64,000 bases of DNA, taken from Bacillota bacterium. GTDB taxonomy: Bacteria > Bacillota > Sulfobacillia > Fermentithermobacillales > Fermentithermobacillaceae. A program made the position numbers and the translations under genes. This document shows, piece after piece, positions 43,889-51,336 of this stretch (position 1 is its first letter; each line of letters begins with the position of its first letter). The notes under the pieces were generated by a model, which searched no databases, was not told the DNA's origin, and saw only the letters and a program-made list of their open reading frames with translations. The stretch covers positions 288,856 to 352,855 of the forward strand of contig JBMNKK010000003.1 in assembly GCA_050952125.1 (NCBI GenBank), written 5' to 3'.

Positions 43889-45636
43889 CAGTCTTCCTCC
43901 CCCGGGAGAATGCGGTCTATCTCTTCAGCGATCACCCGTCTTATCCTCGCGGCGAGGTCGTTGAGAGGGACTATCTCGCTCTCAGAAGCCCTTCGCAGCT
44001 TCACTTCGGCGCCGCCCCGCTTCAAACTGCGTTCAGATACGGTGACCCTAACCGGCATTCCCAAGAGATCCGCATCGTTGAACTTGACTCCTGCCGACTC
44101 ATTCCTGTCGTCGTAGATCACCTCAATCCCCTGAGAGACCAGGTCCTCGTATACTGCTTCAGCCGCGCTCTTCGCGTCAGCCGACGTGCCGAGTCCCACA
44201 AGGTGAACGTGATACGGGGCCACAGTCATGGGCCACACAATACCCTTTTCATCGTGGTTCGCCTCTATGACGCAGGCCAGGAGCCTACCTACGCCCATAC
44301 CGTAACACCCCATAACCAACGGCTGGAGCGCGCCGCTTTCGCTCTGGAAAAGAGCCTTCATGGGCGCTGAATACCTGACTCCAAGTTTGAAAGTGTTACC
44401 TACCTCCACGCCGCGTTTGATATCCAGAGCAGAGCCGCACACCGGGCAAGGGTCACCCTCGCGGGCAGCAGTGATGTCGGCCACTGCGTCGAATTTGAAA
44501 TCCCTTCCGGGAACCACTCCGGTGAGGTGCGCGTCGGCTTCGTTCGCTCCGGCCACGTATGCCTTCCCTGCCCATAAGCTGTCATCTGCTACGGTGAATA
44601 TGCCCGTCACACCAACGGGAGACATGTACCCCTGGTGTAACCCGAGCTTCTTCAGCTCGTCGGGTTCGGCCAGCCTCACTTCATCGACTTTGCGGAGATT
44701 GGCGAGCTTCTTCTCGTTTACGTCCAGATCTCCCCTGATAACCACCATCACCGGCTCTTCGCCGGCATAGTAGACCATGGTCTTGATGCTGTCTTTGGGG
44801 TCCTCACCGAGAAACTCGCAGACGGAAGCTATTGTGTCCTTCCCAGGTGTTGCCACTTTGGCCATCTCAGGCAGCGGCCCTTGCCCGCTTCCTTCGGAAC
44901 CCGACCCGGGGGCTCCTTTCAGGATGGTTGCAGCCTCTCTGTTCGCTGCATACCCGCACCCGGGACACAGGATCAGTGTGTCTTCGCCCGCATCGGTAAC
45001 ATAGGTAAACTCGTGAGCGCCCGTGCCGCCCATCATTCCCACGTCTCCCAGCACCTGAGTAACGGGCACGCCGCAAGACTCGCAGATCCTGCGGTAAGCC
45101 CGGCACTGTCGGGGATAGTAGGCGTCAAGATCTTCCTGGGTCGCGTGGAAACTGTAGGCGTCCTTCATGATGAACTCGCGAACACGAACAAGCCCGCCCC
45201 GGGACCTCGGTTCGTCGCGGAACTTCGTCTGCAGGTGGTAGACCACCATCGGGAGCTGCTTGTACGAGTCGATGAAGCGCCTTGCCAGGTCGGTTACGGG
45301 CTCTTCATGAGTCATAGCCAACACCATGTTTCTACCGGAACGGTCCTTGAAGCGGACCATCTCCGGACCTACGGCCTGGAACCGGCCTGACTCTTCCCAG
45401 ATATCGGCCGGGTGAACCACCGGCATATTGATCTCCTGGCCGCCTGCCGCGTCCATCTCCTTGCGCATTATGTCCTGAATCTTTCTCACGCTCCGCCAGG
45501 CAAGCGGCAGGTAGCTGTATATTCCCGCAGCAAGTTTGGCGATCATGCCCGTCCTCAAGAGGAGTTCGTGAGAGGGCATTTCAGCTTCGGCGGGCTTTTC
45601 TCTCTGGGTCCTGCCGAACCTTTGACTCATTCGCAT
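43888..45636 (-). CDS. proS: Proline--tRNA ligase (bacterial type with INS editing domain)
   Basis: The start is MRMSQRFGRTQREKPAEAEMPSHELLLRTGMI. ATG 45636 has GGAGG 7 nt upstream; the track ORF extends to 45708. The stop overlaps the alaS ATG (TGATG). Confidence 0.94.
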   Translation of the reverse strand: MRMSQRFGRTQREKPAEAEMPSHELLLRTGMIAKLAAGIYSYLPLAWRSVRKIQDIMRKEMDAAGGQEINMPVVHPADIWEESGRFQAVGPEMVRFKDRSGRNMVLAMTHEEPVTDLARRFIDSYKQLPMVVYHLQTKFRDEPRSRGGLVRVREFIMKDAYSFHATQEDLDAYYPRQCRAYRRICESCGVPVTQVLGDVGMMGGTGAHEFTYVTDAGEDTLILCPGCGYAANREAATILKGAPGSGSEGSGQGPLPEMAKVATPGKDTIASVCEFLGEDPKDSIKTMVYYAGEEPVMVVIRGDLDVNEKKLANLRKVDEVRLAEPDELKKLGLHQGYMSPVGVTGIFTVADDSLWAGKAYVAGANEADAHLTGVVPGRDFKFDAVADITAAREGDPCPVCGSALDIKRGVEVGNTFKLGVRYSAPMKALFQSESGALQPLVMGCYGMGVGRLLACVIEANHDEKGIVWPMTVAPYHVHLVGLGTSADAKSAAEAVYEDLVSQGIEVIYDDRNESAGVKFNDADLLGMPVRVTVSERSLKRGGAEVKLRRASESEIVPLNDLAARIRRVIAEEIDRILPGEED

Positions 45637-45752
45637 GGTAAAGCCTCCAATGGCGGGGAAGTTCTCGCAGATTAGAACGATTATACCGACAGCCCTATAA
45701 GGGGTCAATTAAGCCCGATAGAGCCTCCGGCCTGAAGTATGACCCCTTCAGG

Positions 45753-46949
45753 TCAGGCAGCGCCTGACGCCAAAGCGCTGTCCCTCCGGTCCAGGCTCAT
45801 GCTGTAGACCAGCGAAACTCCGGCTATGGCTGCGCCGGCTGCGAACACTATGCCCGGTCCGAACAGGTCCCACAGATACCCGCCCAACACCGGTACGGAT
45901 ACGCCGCTTAAGTGGTTCACGGTCTGCCCCATAGCGTAGGCGGAAGACAGCACTTCCTTCGGGGCTATTCTGCCCATATAGGTCGTAATGGCGGCGTCAA
46001 AACCCATGAGCCCGTGGTCCAGAACGTAGACGGTGAACAAAAGGAGAGGTTGCTTAAGCAAAGCGTAGCATGCAAAGAGACCTATCACCAGCCCATAGTT
46101 GACAATCAGGCTCTTCTGCTCGCCCCACCTGTCGATGGTCTTGCCCACGAGCGGCCTCGTCACTATCGCCACCATACTCGAGATTGCTGACAAGAGCACC
46201 ATCGTGCTTACAGAAGTCCCGTACACCTCGACAAGGAGGTATCCGGCGAACGTTTGGGTGATGTGGCGCCTGGAGCCGCCCAGGAACGTAAGGATGTAAT
46301 AGCTCATGTACCGCGGGTTGAAGTTCATCGCCGTCCGTCCCGACGGCTTACCTCCCATACTCCTCCTGAGAACCGCCAAGCCTCCCAATGCCGTGAAGGC
46401 AGCGGCCATGGTGTGCAGGAAAGCGTAGTCAGTCTTCCAATACCTCGTCATCACGATAACGATGGCTACGGACACCAACGCTCCTGCGGACCCCGCGCTG
46501 TTGAGCTGGCCTACCTTAGTAGCCCTTTCTTCGGGAAGGCAAGTCTTCATTACAATTGACGACTGAACCGGGTAGAACAGGTGAAAACCAGTGGACATCA
46601 CGAGAGTTGCCAGGATGAGCAGAGGGAAATTGACGGCCATAGTATGCATGAACACGCCCAACGCCGTCGCGAGAAGGCAGACGGCCGCGTAGGTGTTCTC
46701 GCGGAAGAATCCTTGCACGGTGGCCAGTGGGGCCGTAAGCAGGCCGGGTATCTCCCTTATCCCTTGCACGAGTCCCAATTGCGCGGGCTCGATCCCTACA
46801 ACCTCAACGACAAAGTTGTTGAAGATACCTCGCTGCAAACCCTGGCCAAGTTCCAGAGCGACAGTCGCCCCCAAGATGCTTTTGAATATCGACTTGCGCT
46901 CCTCGGCTCCCGGAACCGACTCCGTGTGCTTTGATTCTTCCATGCCCAA
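45753..46949 (-). CDS. MFS-type transporter
   Basis: 398 aa with ~12 hydrophobic segments. I recognised no specific subfamily. The start is uncertain (TTG 46949 or ATG 46943). Confidence 0.65.
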   Translation of the reverse strand: MGMEESKHTESVPGAEERKSIFKSILGATVALELGQGLQRGIFNNFVVEVVGIEPAQLGLVQGIREIPGLLTAPLATVQGFFRENTYAAVCLLATALGVFMHTMAVNFPLLILATLVMSTGFHLFYPVQSSIVMKTCLPEERATKVGQLNSAGSAGALVSVAIVIVMTRYWKTDYAFLHTMAAAFTALGGLAVLRRSMGGKPSGRTAMNFNPRYMSYYILTFLGGSRRHITQTFAGYLLVEVYGTSVSTMVLLSAISSMVAIVTRPLVGKTIDRWGEQKSLIVNYGLVIGLFACYALLKQPLLLFTVYVLDHGLMGFDAAITTYMGRIAPKEVLSSAYAMGQTVNHLSGVSVPVLGGYLWDLFGPGIVFAAGAAIAGVSLVYSMSLDRRDSALASGAA

Positions 46950-47001
46950 CTGTGTTCACCGCTTTTCCTCTGGATGTGGGTGTTTCTTCGTCCGTGAATG
47001 C

Positions 47002-47706
47002 CTAGAAGAGCGACACCACCCAAGCTATGAGAGGGGTCACGAATACCGCAGGCAGCAAGTTGGCAACCTTCACCTTCTTCACTTCCAGGAGGCTCAAACC
47101 AATGGCGAACACCAAGAGCCCCCCTGTTGCCGTGAAGTTGTTGATGGCAGATTCCGTGAGAGCTCCCTCCAGCATCCTTGCACCGAGAGTCAATGCTCCC
47201 TGGTAGACCAATAGAGGTAGCGCGGAAAAGGCCACCCCGATGCCCAATGAGGACGCGAAGGCAAGTGACGCAAAGGCGTCGATGGTGGACTTCACCGTAA
47301 GAGTGCGGATATCGCCCAAGAGCCCATCCTGAAGCGACCCCATGATGGCCATGGGACCCACACAGAACATGAGTGAGGCCGCAACAAACCCCCGGGCGAA
47401 CCGTCCCTGGCCGCTCTCTCTGGATGCCATTCCTCGAATCACCCAATGTTCCATCCGCTGACCCAGCAAGTTCACCAGAGCGTCTATGTCAAGAGCCTCG
47501 CCCACCAATGCTCCCACAACGACGCCGGCTAGTACATATGTGAAGTTTTCGGCCTGAAGCGCCATCTGGAGGCCGATCACCGTGGTAACCAATCCCAACC
47601 CGTCCAGAGTCGTGACTCTCACCTTGTCAGGCATCCGCTTTCCGATGCAAGTGCCGATCACGCTTGCCGCCACGACGGCCGCGGCATTGATGAGGGTTCC
47701 GGTCAA
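47002..47706 (-). CDS. DUF554 (YqgA/YdfK-like) membrane protein
   Basis: 234 aa. The N-terminus is MTGTLINAAAVVAASVIGTCIGKRMPDKVRVTTLDGLGLVTTVIGLQMAL. TTG start with GGAGAGGAA upstream. Confidence 0.75.
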   Translation of the reverse strand: MTGTLINAAAVVAASVIGTCIGKRMPDKVRVTTLDGLGLVTTVIGLQMALQAENFTYVLAGVVVGALVGEALDIDALVNLLGQRMEHWVIRGMASRESGQGRFARGFVAASLMFCVGPMAIMGSLQDGLLGDIRTLTVKSTIDAFASLAFASSLGIGVAFSALPLLVYQGALTLGARMLEGALTESAINNFTATGGLLVFAIGLSLLEVKKVKVANLLPAVFVTPLIAWVVSLF

Positions 47707-47725
47707 TTGGCAGTTCCTCTCCAGT

Positions 47726-48682
47726 CTAAACCAATCGGATGGCGAACTCAGGGCACACAGGTGCGCAATATCCGCAGAGTATGCACTTGGATTTGTCGTT
47801 CCTGGCTTTGCCGTCCACTACCTCCATCGCAGCGTTGGGACATATCTCGACGCAGGAACCACAACCCCTGCAAAAGGCCTGGATGATAAGGCTTTTCGTC
47901 TTCAAGGTGCGGGACTTGAGGCTGTCCTCCACAGGCTTCTCCTCGAAGATCGCCAGGTTCATCTCGAGCTCGTCGGGATGGATCATGCCGACGGCAACCG
48001 ATGAGATCCCCTCAAGGCCTCTCACATAGTTGATGGCCTCCTCTGCATCGGAAAGGAGATTGCCTCCCCCCAGCGCCTTCATCGCGAACAGGCCTTTGCC
48101 TGCCCTGTGAGCACCAGCTATAGCCTCAACCATGTCGTCCCGCGTCCCGTGGAGGATGCCGAGTCCCCTGATGTTTATGATAGGAAAGATCACATCGAGC
48201 CCGGCAACATCCTTGGCAGCACGTACTACGTCAACGGAGTGGGTAGAAATCCCGACAGCCTTCACGACTCCTTTGGCCTTCATATCTACGAGGCACTCGA
48301 AAGCCCCTTGCCTGTCGAGGAACACACTCCTGTCAACTCTGGCTGCGTGAAGGTGGAATATGTCGATAACATCCCGGTCCAGAGATGCCCTTGCCTCCTC
48401 CACTGCCGCCTTCATATCGTCGTACGATTTGGCCGCAGACTTGGTGGAGATGACTACCCCTTCCCCTTTGTCCGGCAGCCGATCGAAAGCCGCCTTGATA
48501 TGCGGATAGGTTCTATAGGACTGCGCTGTATCAAAGAAATTGACACCTCGCTCGATGGCGGTCTTAATGAGGCTGCCGCCTGTTTCCGGGGATAAGCCGT
48601 ACTGGTTGGGCCCCATAGGGAGCACGCCGAAACAGAGCTCAGTCACGCAGATTCCCGTATTACCCAAGTCACTCTTTCGCAC
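47726..48682 (-). CDS. Aldo/keto reductase fused to a C-terminal 2x[4Fe-4S] ferredoxin-like domain (paralog of 36412..37350)
   Basis: 318 aa with MRKSDLGNTGICVTELCFG... and C-terminal CRGCGSCVEICPNAAM...SKCILCGYCAPVCPEF. GTG start with GGGAGG 8 nt upstream. Confidence 0.8.
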   Translation of the reverse strand: MRKSDLGNTGICVTELCFGVLPMGPNQYGLSPETGGSLIKTAIERGVNFFDTAQSYRTYPHIKAAFDRLPDKGEGVVISTKSAAKSYDDMKAAVEEARASLDRDVIDIFHLHAARVDRSVFLDRQGAFECLVDMKAKGVVKAVGISTHSVDVVRAAKDVAGLDVIFPIINIRGLGILHGTRDDMVEAIAGAHRAGKGLFAMKALGGGNLLSDAEEAINYVRGLEGISSVAVGMIHPDELEMNLAIFEEKPVEDSLKSRTLKTKSLIIQAFCRGCGSCVEICPNAAMEVVDGKARNDKSKCILCGYCAPVCPEFAIRLV

Positions 48683-48752
48683 ACCTAACGCCTCCCGAGT
48701 ATGCTCCAGCCGGGCTCCGCAGGAACGCCGGCACTCTTGATCGCAACACCTT

Positions 48753-50033
48753 CTACTGTATCAAATGGAACGCCCGTTGACGCCCTGATAGGAAATGGAC
48801 TCTACCTTCGGTGAACACTACGTCCTCTTCAAGGGCCATCATCACCGTCTGCCCATCCCATTCGTCCACAGGAGCCTTGACGTTGAGTTCCATGGCATAG
48901 CAGGTGTTCTCGCGCAGCTCATAGTCCCCCCTCCCGGGGACACCTTCCTGTTGATCGTAGAGTCCTATAGTAGGGCCGGCACCGTGGCCGTGAAACCCGA
49001 TTGGGTGCGAGTACACGCACGGGCAGAGCCCCTCGGCTCTTGCCTTCTCCAAGGTGGCGGCCAAGATCTCGTTGCCGGTTCTACCTGCGACATACTCTCC
49101 GGCGTGGATATCCTGGAGCCGGTTGCCTGCTGCCAAGACGGCCTTCAACCCAAACGGGGCATCTACCTCACCCCGCCTCAAGACATAAGCCATTTGCTGG
49201 ACGTCCGTAGCAAGGCCAAGATAGTGAAAACCCATGTCGCAATGGAGCACGTCGCCCGGAAGAATAGGGTCATCCTGTCTAACCGAGGCTGCGCCCCTTC
49301 TCTGAACCATAACATCTGAATGAAACCACGCCCGGAGTCCCATATCGCTCATCCTCTGGCGCATCCACCAACCGACATCGGCCGCGGTGGTTATGCCGGG
49401 ATGGACAACACGGCTCGAAAAAGCCTCTGCTACAATGCCATGCGCGATCTGGACTATGCCGGGGTATGCATTGAGCTCCGGCTCGGTGCGCTCCTCGAGC
49501 CACCCAATCGCCAACCTCTCAGCGCCCTTCGTCCTGGCCATGTATACGGGTCCCAGCGCGGCAGCCAGAAGACCGTGTTCAACATACGAGAGACCGTCAC
49601 CAAAGGCGAAGGTCTCCGAGGTGTTAATGCCGATACACTTGGGATCGCGCTCCCGCACGACTCGTCGCAGAGCCTCCCACTGATCCTCGGCCTGCGAATC
49701 CCACACACCTTTATACAGACTGCCCCGGGTGGAGCCGGGGCGCGAAATGATAAGCCGCTCAACGCCGCCTTCAGGTAATAGCGAGAAAACGAGAATCGTC
49801 CTGCGCCTAGCAGACATTATTGTGGCAGGCAGGAGCGTGAGGAGAACGGGGTCCTCATTGTATTCCCTGCATACCACTATCCACATATCGAAGCCTTCTC
49901 GGCTCATCACCTTAGGAAGAACGGTATCAAGCCTCACGCTCAACCATTCATCCATGACCCTCGCTTGCTCTCTCAGGGGCAGTATCTTTGTCCCATAGTC
50001 GCAAGTCGCCGGGCAGCCGGTTAAGTCCGCCAC
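48753..50033 (-). CDS. M24-family metallopeptidase (Xaa-Pro peptidase / creatinase-like fold)
   Basis: Pita-bread metal-ligand context: ...GDVLHCDMGFHYLGLATDVQQM..., ...SHPIGFHGHGAGP... and ...YAMELNV.... GTG 50033 has AAGGGAGG 8 nt upstream; the track start is 50063. Confidence 0.75.
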   Translation of the reverse strand: MADLTGCPATCDYGTKILPLREQARVMDEWLSVRLDTVLPKVMSREGFDMWIVVCREYNEDPVLLTLLPATIMSARRRTILVFSLLPEGGVERLIISRPGSTRGSLYKGVWDSQAEDQWEALRRVVRERDPKCIGINTSETFAFGDGLSYVEHGLLAAALGPVYMARTKGAERLAIGWLEERTEPELNAYPGIVQIAHGIVAEAFSSRVVHPGITTAADVGWWMRQRMSDMGLRAWFHSDVMVQRRGAASVRQDDPILPGDVLHCDMGFHYLGLATDVQQMAYVLRRGEVDAPFGLKAVLAAGNRLQDIHAGEYVAGRTGNEILAATLEKARAEGLCPCVYSHPIGFHGHGAGPTIGLYDQQEGVPGRGDYELRENTCYAMELNVKAPVDEWDGQTVMMALEEDVVFTEGRVHFLSGRQRAFHLIQ

Positions 50034-50137
50034 TTGGTCAACCTCCCTTTGCGGAACGCTCACTGTCGACTACAGTTCAACAGGTTCGGATATACTCCCT
50101 TCACAGGCGTGAGCAGTTCTTGAGAGGAAGCGGGCCT

Positions 50138-50542
50138 TCACGCATATTCCTCAATGCGAATCACTTCATCCGCAAGGCCGATGATCTCCGGGTTATGCGT
50201 CACTGCAACAAAGGCCAGTCTGGCCTTGGATTCCCGGATATAGCCAATAAGGCGCGAACGGTGAGCGTCATCCAGGTGGCTTTCTGGCTCGTCAAGGATC
50301 ATTAGGCGCGGACTTCGGATCACGGCTCTGGCCAACGCCACAGCTTTTCGCTCACCTCCGGATAGGGTGGCGATATCCGAGTCAAGGGGCAGGACAATGC
50401 CCAGCATCTTAAGGGCCTGAGTTCCCATGGCATCACTGTAAGCGGGATTTCCCAACCTCAAGTTCTCCCTGATTGTTGCCCCAATAATCCCCGCACACTG
50501 TACCGGATTTCCGGCCCTTCTCAGACTATCTCGAAGCCCTGT
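50138..50542 (-). pseudogene. 5'-truncated remnant of an ABC-exporter ATPase domain (Q-loop to C-terminus only)
   Basis: The in-frame translation is ...LRDSLRRAGNPVQCAGIIGATIRENLRLGNPAYSD...LSGGERKAVALARAVIRSPRLMILDEPESHLD...VTHN.... It has the signature motif, Walker B and H-loop. It has no Walker A or TMD. Upstream it is cut by an in-frame stop at 50543..50545, inside the vapC 3' end. Confidence 0.75.
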
Positions 50543-50916
50543 TCAGAGAAGTGTTCATCGAAGGTGAACGCCTTCCTTATACCCATCCTTCGCATCGTCC
50601 CGAAACTGGCACAATCCACGAGACTCAGCTGGCGGCGACCTGCCACGAGCATGGCGCTTACGGCTTCACGATGAGCGGTCTCATCCACCCAGTCGATGTG
50701 AAACAAAGGGAGCAAGTCCTCATCTAGCGCGCGCGTCGCTTCTACTCCCAATCGATGCTGAATTAGGGCATAAGTCTCAAGGACAACATAGTTGTTGCAG
50801 GCCAGCACCGCGCTGCCCTCGACCAATCGTATCCACCGGACCTTTGCAGCCTCATGCTGTTCGTCGCTGGCATCCAAAAGAGCGTAAAGAGCCGAAGTAT
50901 CAACATATACGGTCAT
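50521..50916 (-). CDS. vapC: PIN-domain toxin VapC
   Basis: 131 aa. It has MTVYVDTSALYALLDASDEQH..., further acidic PIN positions (...VLETYAL..., ...SLVDCASF...) and a 4-nt ATGA overlap with the antitoxin gene. Confidence 0.85.
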   Translation of the reverse strand: MTVYVDTSALYALLDASDEQHEAAKVRWIRLVEGSAVLACNNYVVLETYALIQHRLGVEATRALDEDLLPLFHIDWVDETAHREAVSAMLVAGRRQLSLVDCASFGTMRRMGIRKAFTFDEHFSEQGFEIV

Positions 50917-51161
50917 TTCCTAACGGCCTCCGCCAAGTACTTGTCATGATTGGTGGCGATATCTTTCTGACCGGATCGAAAGCGACCGACAACGTGAATC
51001 GCTCTTCGTATGCGTTCGGGGCGAGACTCGCGGCCATTGAATTCAAGCACGAGATCAACCCCTTGGCGGATCAATTCTGCCATAGACACTCCCATTGCAG
51101 CCGCCTTCATTTTGAGGGCACTTGCCTGCTTTTCCGTGAGCTGAACCTGAGTTCGAACCAC
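50913..51161 (-). CDS. vapB: Ribbon-helix-helix (CopG/VapB-type) antitoxin
   Basis: 82 aa. MVRTQVQLTEKQASALKMKAAAMGVSMAELIRQGVDLVL shows a beta-strand plus two-helix RHH pattern. GTG start with GGAGTGA upstream. Confidence 0.75.
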   Translation of the reverse strand: MVRTQVQLTEKQASALKMKAAAMGVSMAELIRQGVDLVLEFNGRESRPERIRRAIHVVGRFRSGQKDIATNHDKYLAEAVRK

Positions 51162-51200
51162 CAGATATCACTCCGCATCATGATTAAGCATACTGCTTAC

Positions 51201-51230
51201 ATTATGGCATGGGCGAGGGTTCAGGCGCAA
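51201..51230 (-). promoter_or_regulatory. Candidate sigma-A promoter for vapBC
   Basis: On the minus strand, TTGCGC (51230..51225), 18-nt spacer, CATAAT (51206..51201), ~40 nt upstream of the vapB GTG. Confidence 0.3.
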
Positions 51231-51249
51231 AGCATAATCTCTTCGAGAG

Positions 51250-51280
51250 CCATACAACAGACACGCCGGGTCACCCGGCG
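51250..51280 (-). terminator. Likely terminator of the giant SLH-protein gene
   Basis: The minus strand reads CGCCGGG-tga-CCCGGCG followed by TGTCTGTTGTATGG, ~57 nt after the TAG stop. Confidence 0.45.
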
Positions 51281-51336
51281 ACCCATAGTCAAGATCTCGT
51301 CTCCGGGTGATCCGGCTTCTGACCGGTTAGCCTTGT

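Noticed and set aside
50064-50137. Checked the gaps around the ABC remnant for transposase or IS ends that could explain the truncation
   Set aside because: No inverted-repeat termini or transposase-like ORFs are visible within the window. The truncation mechanism remains unknown.
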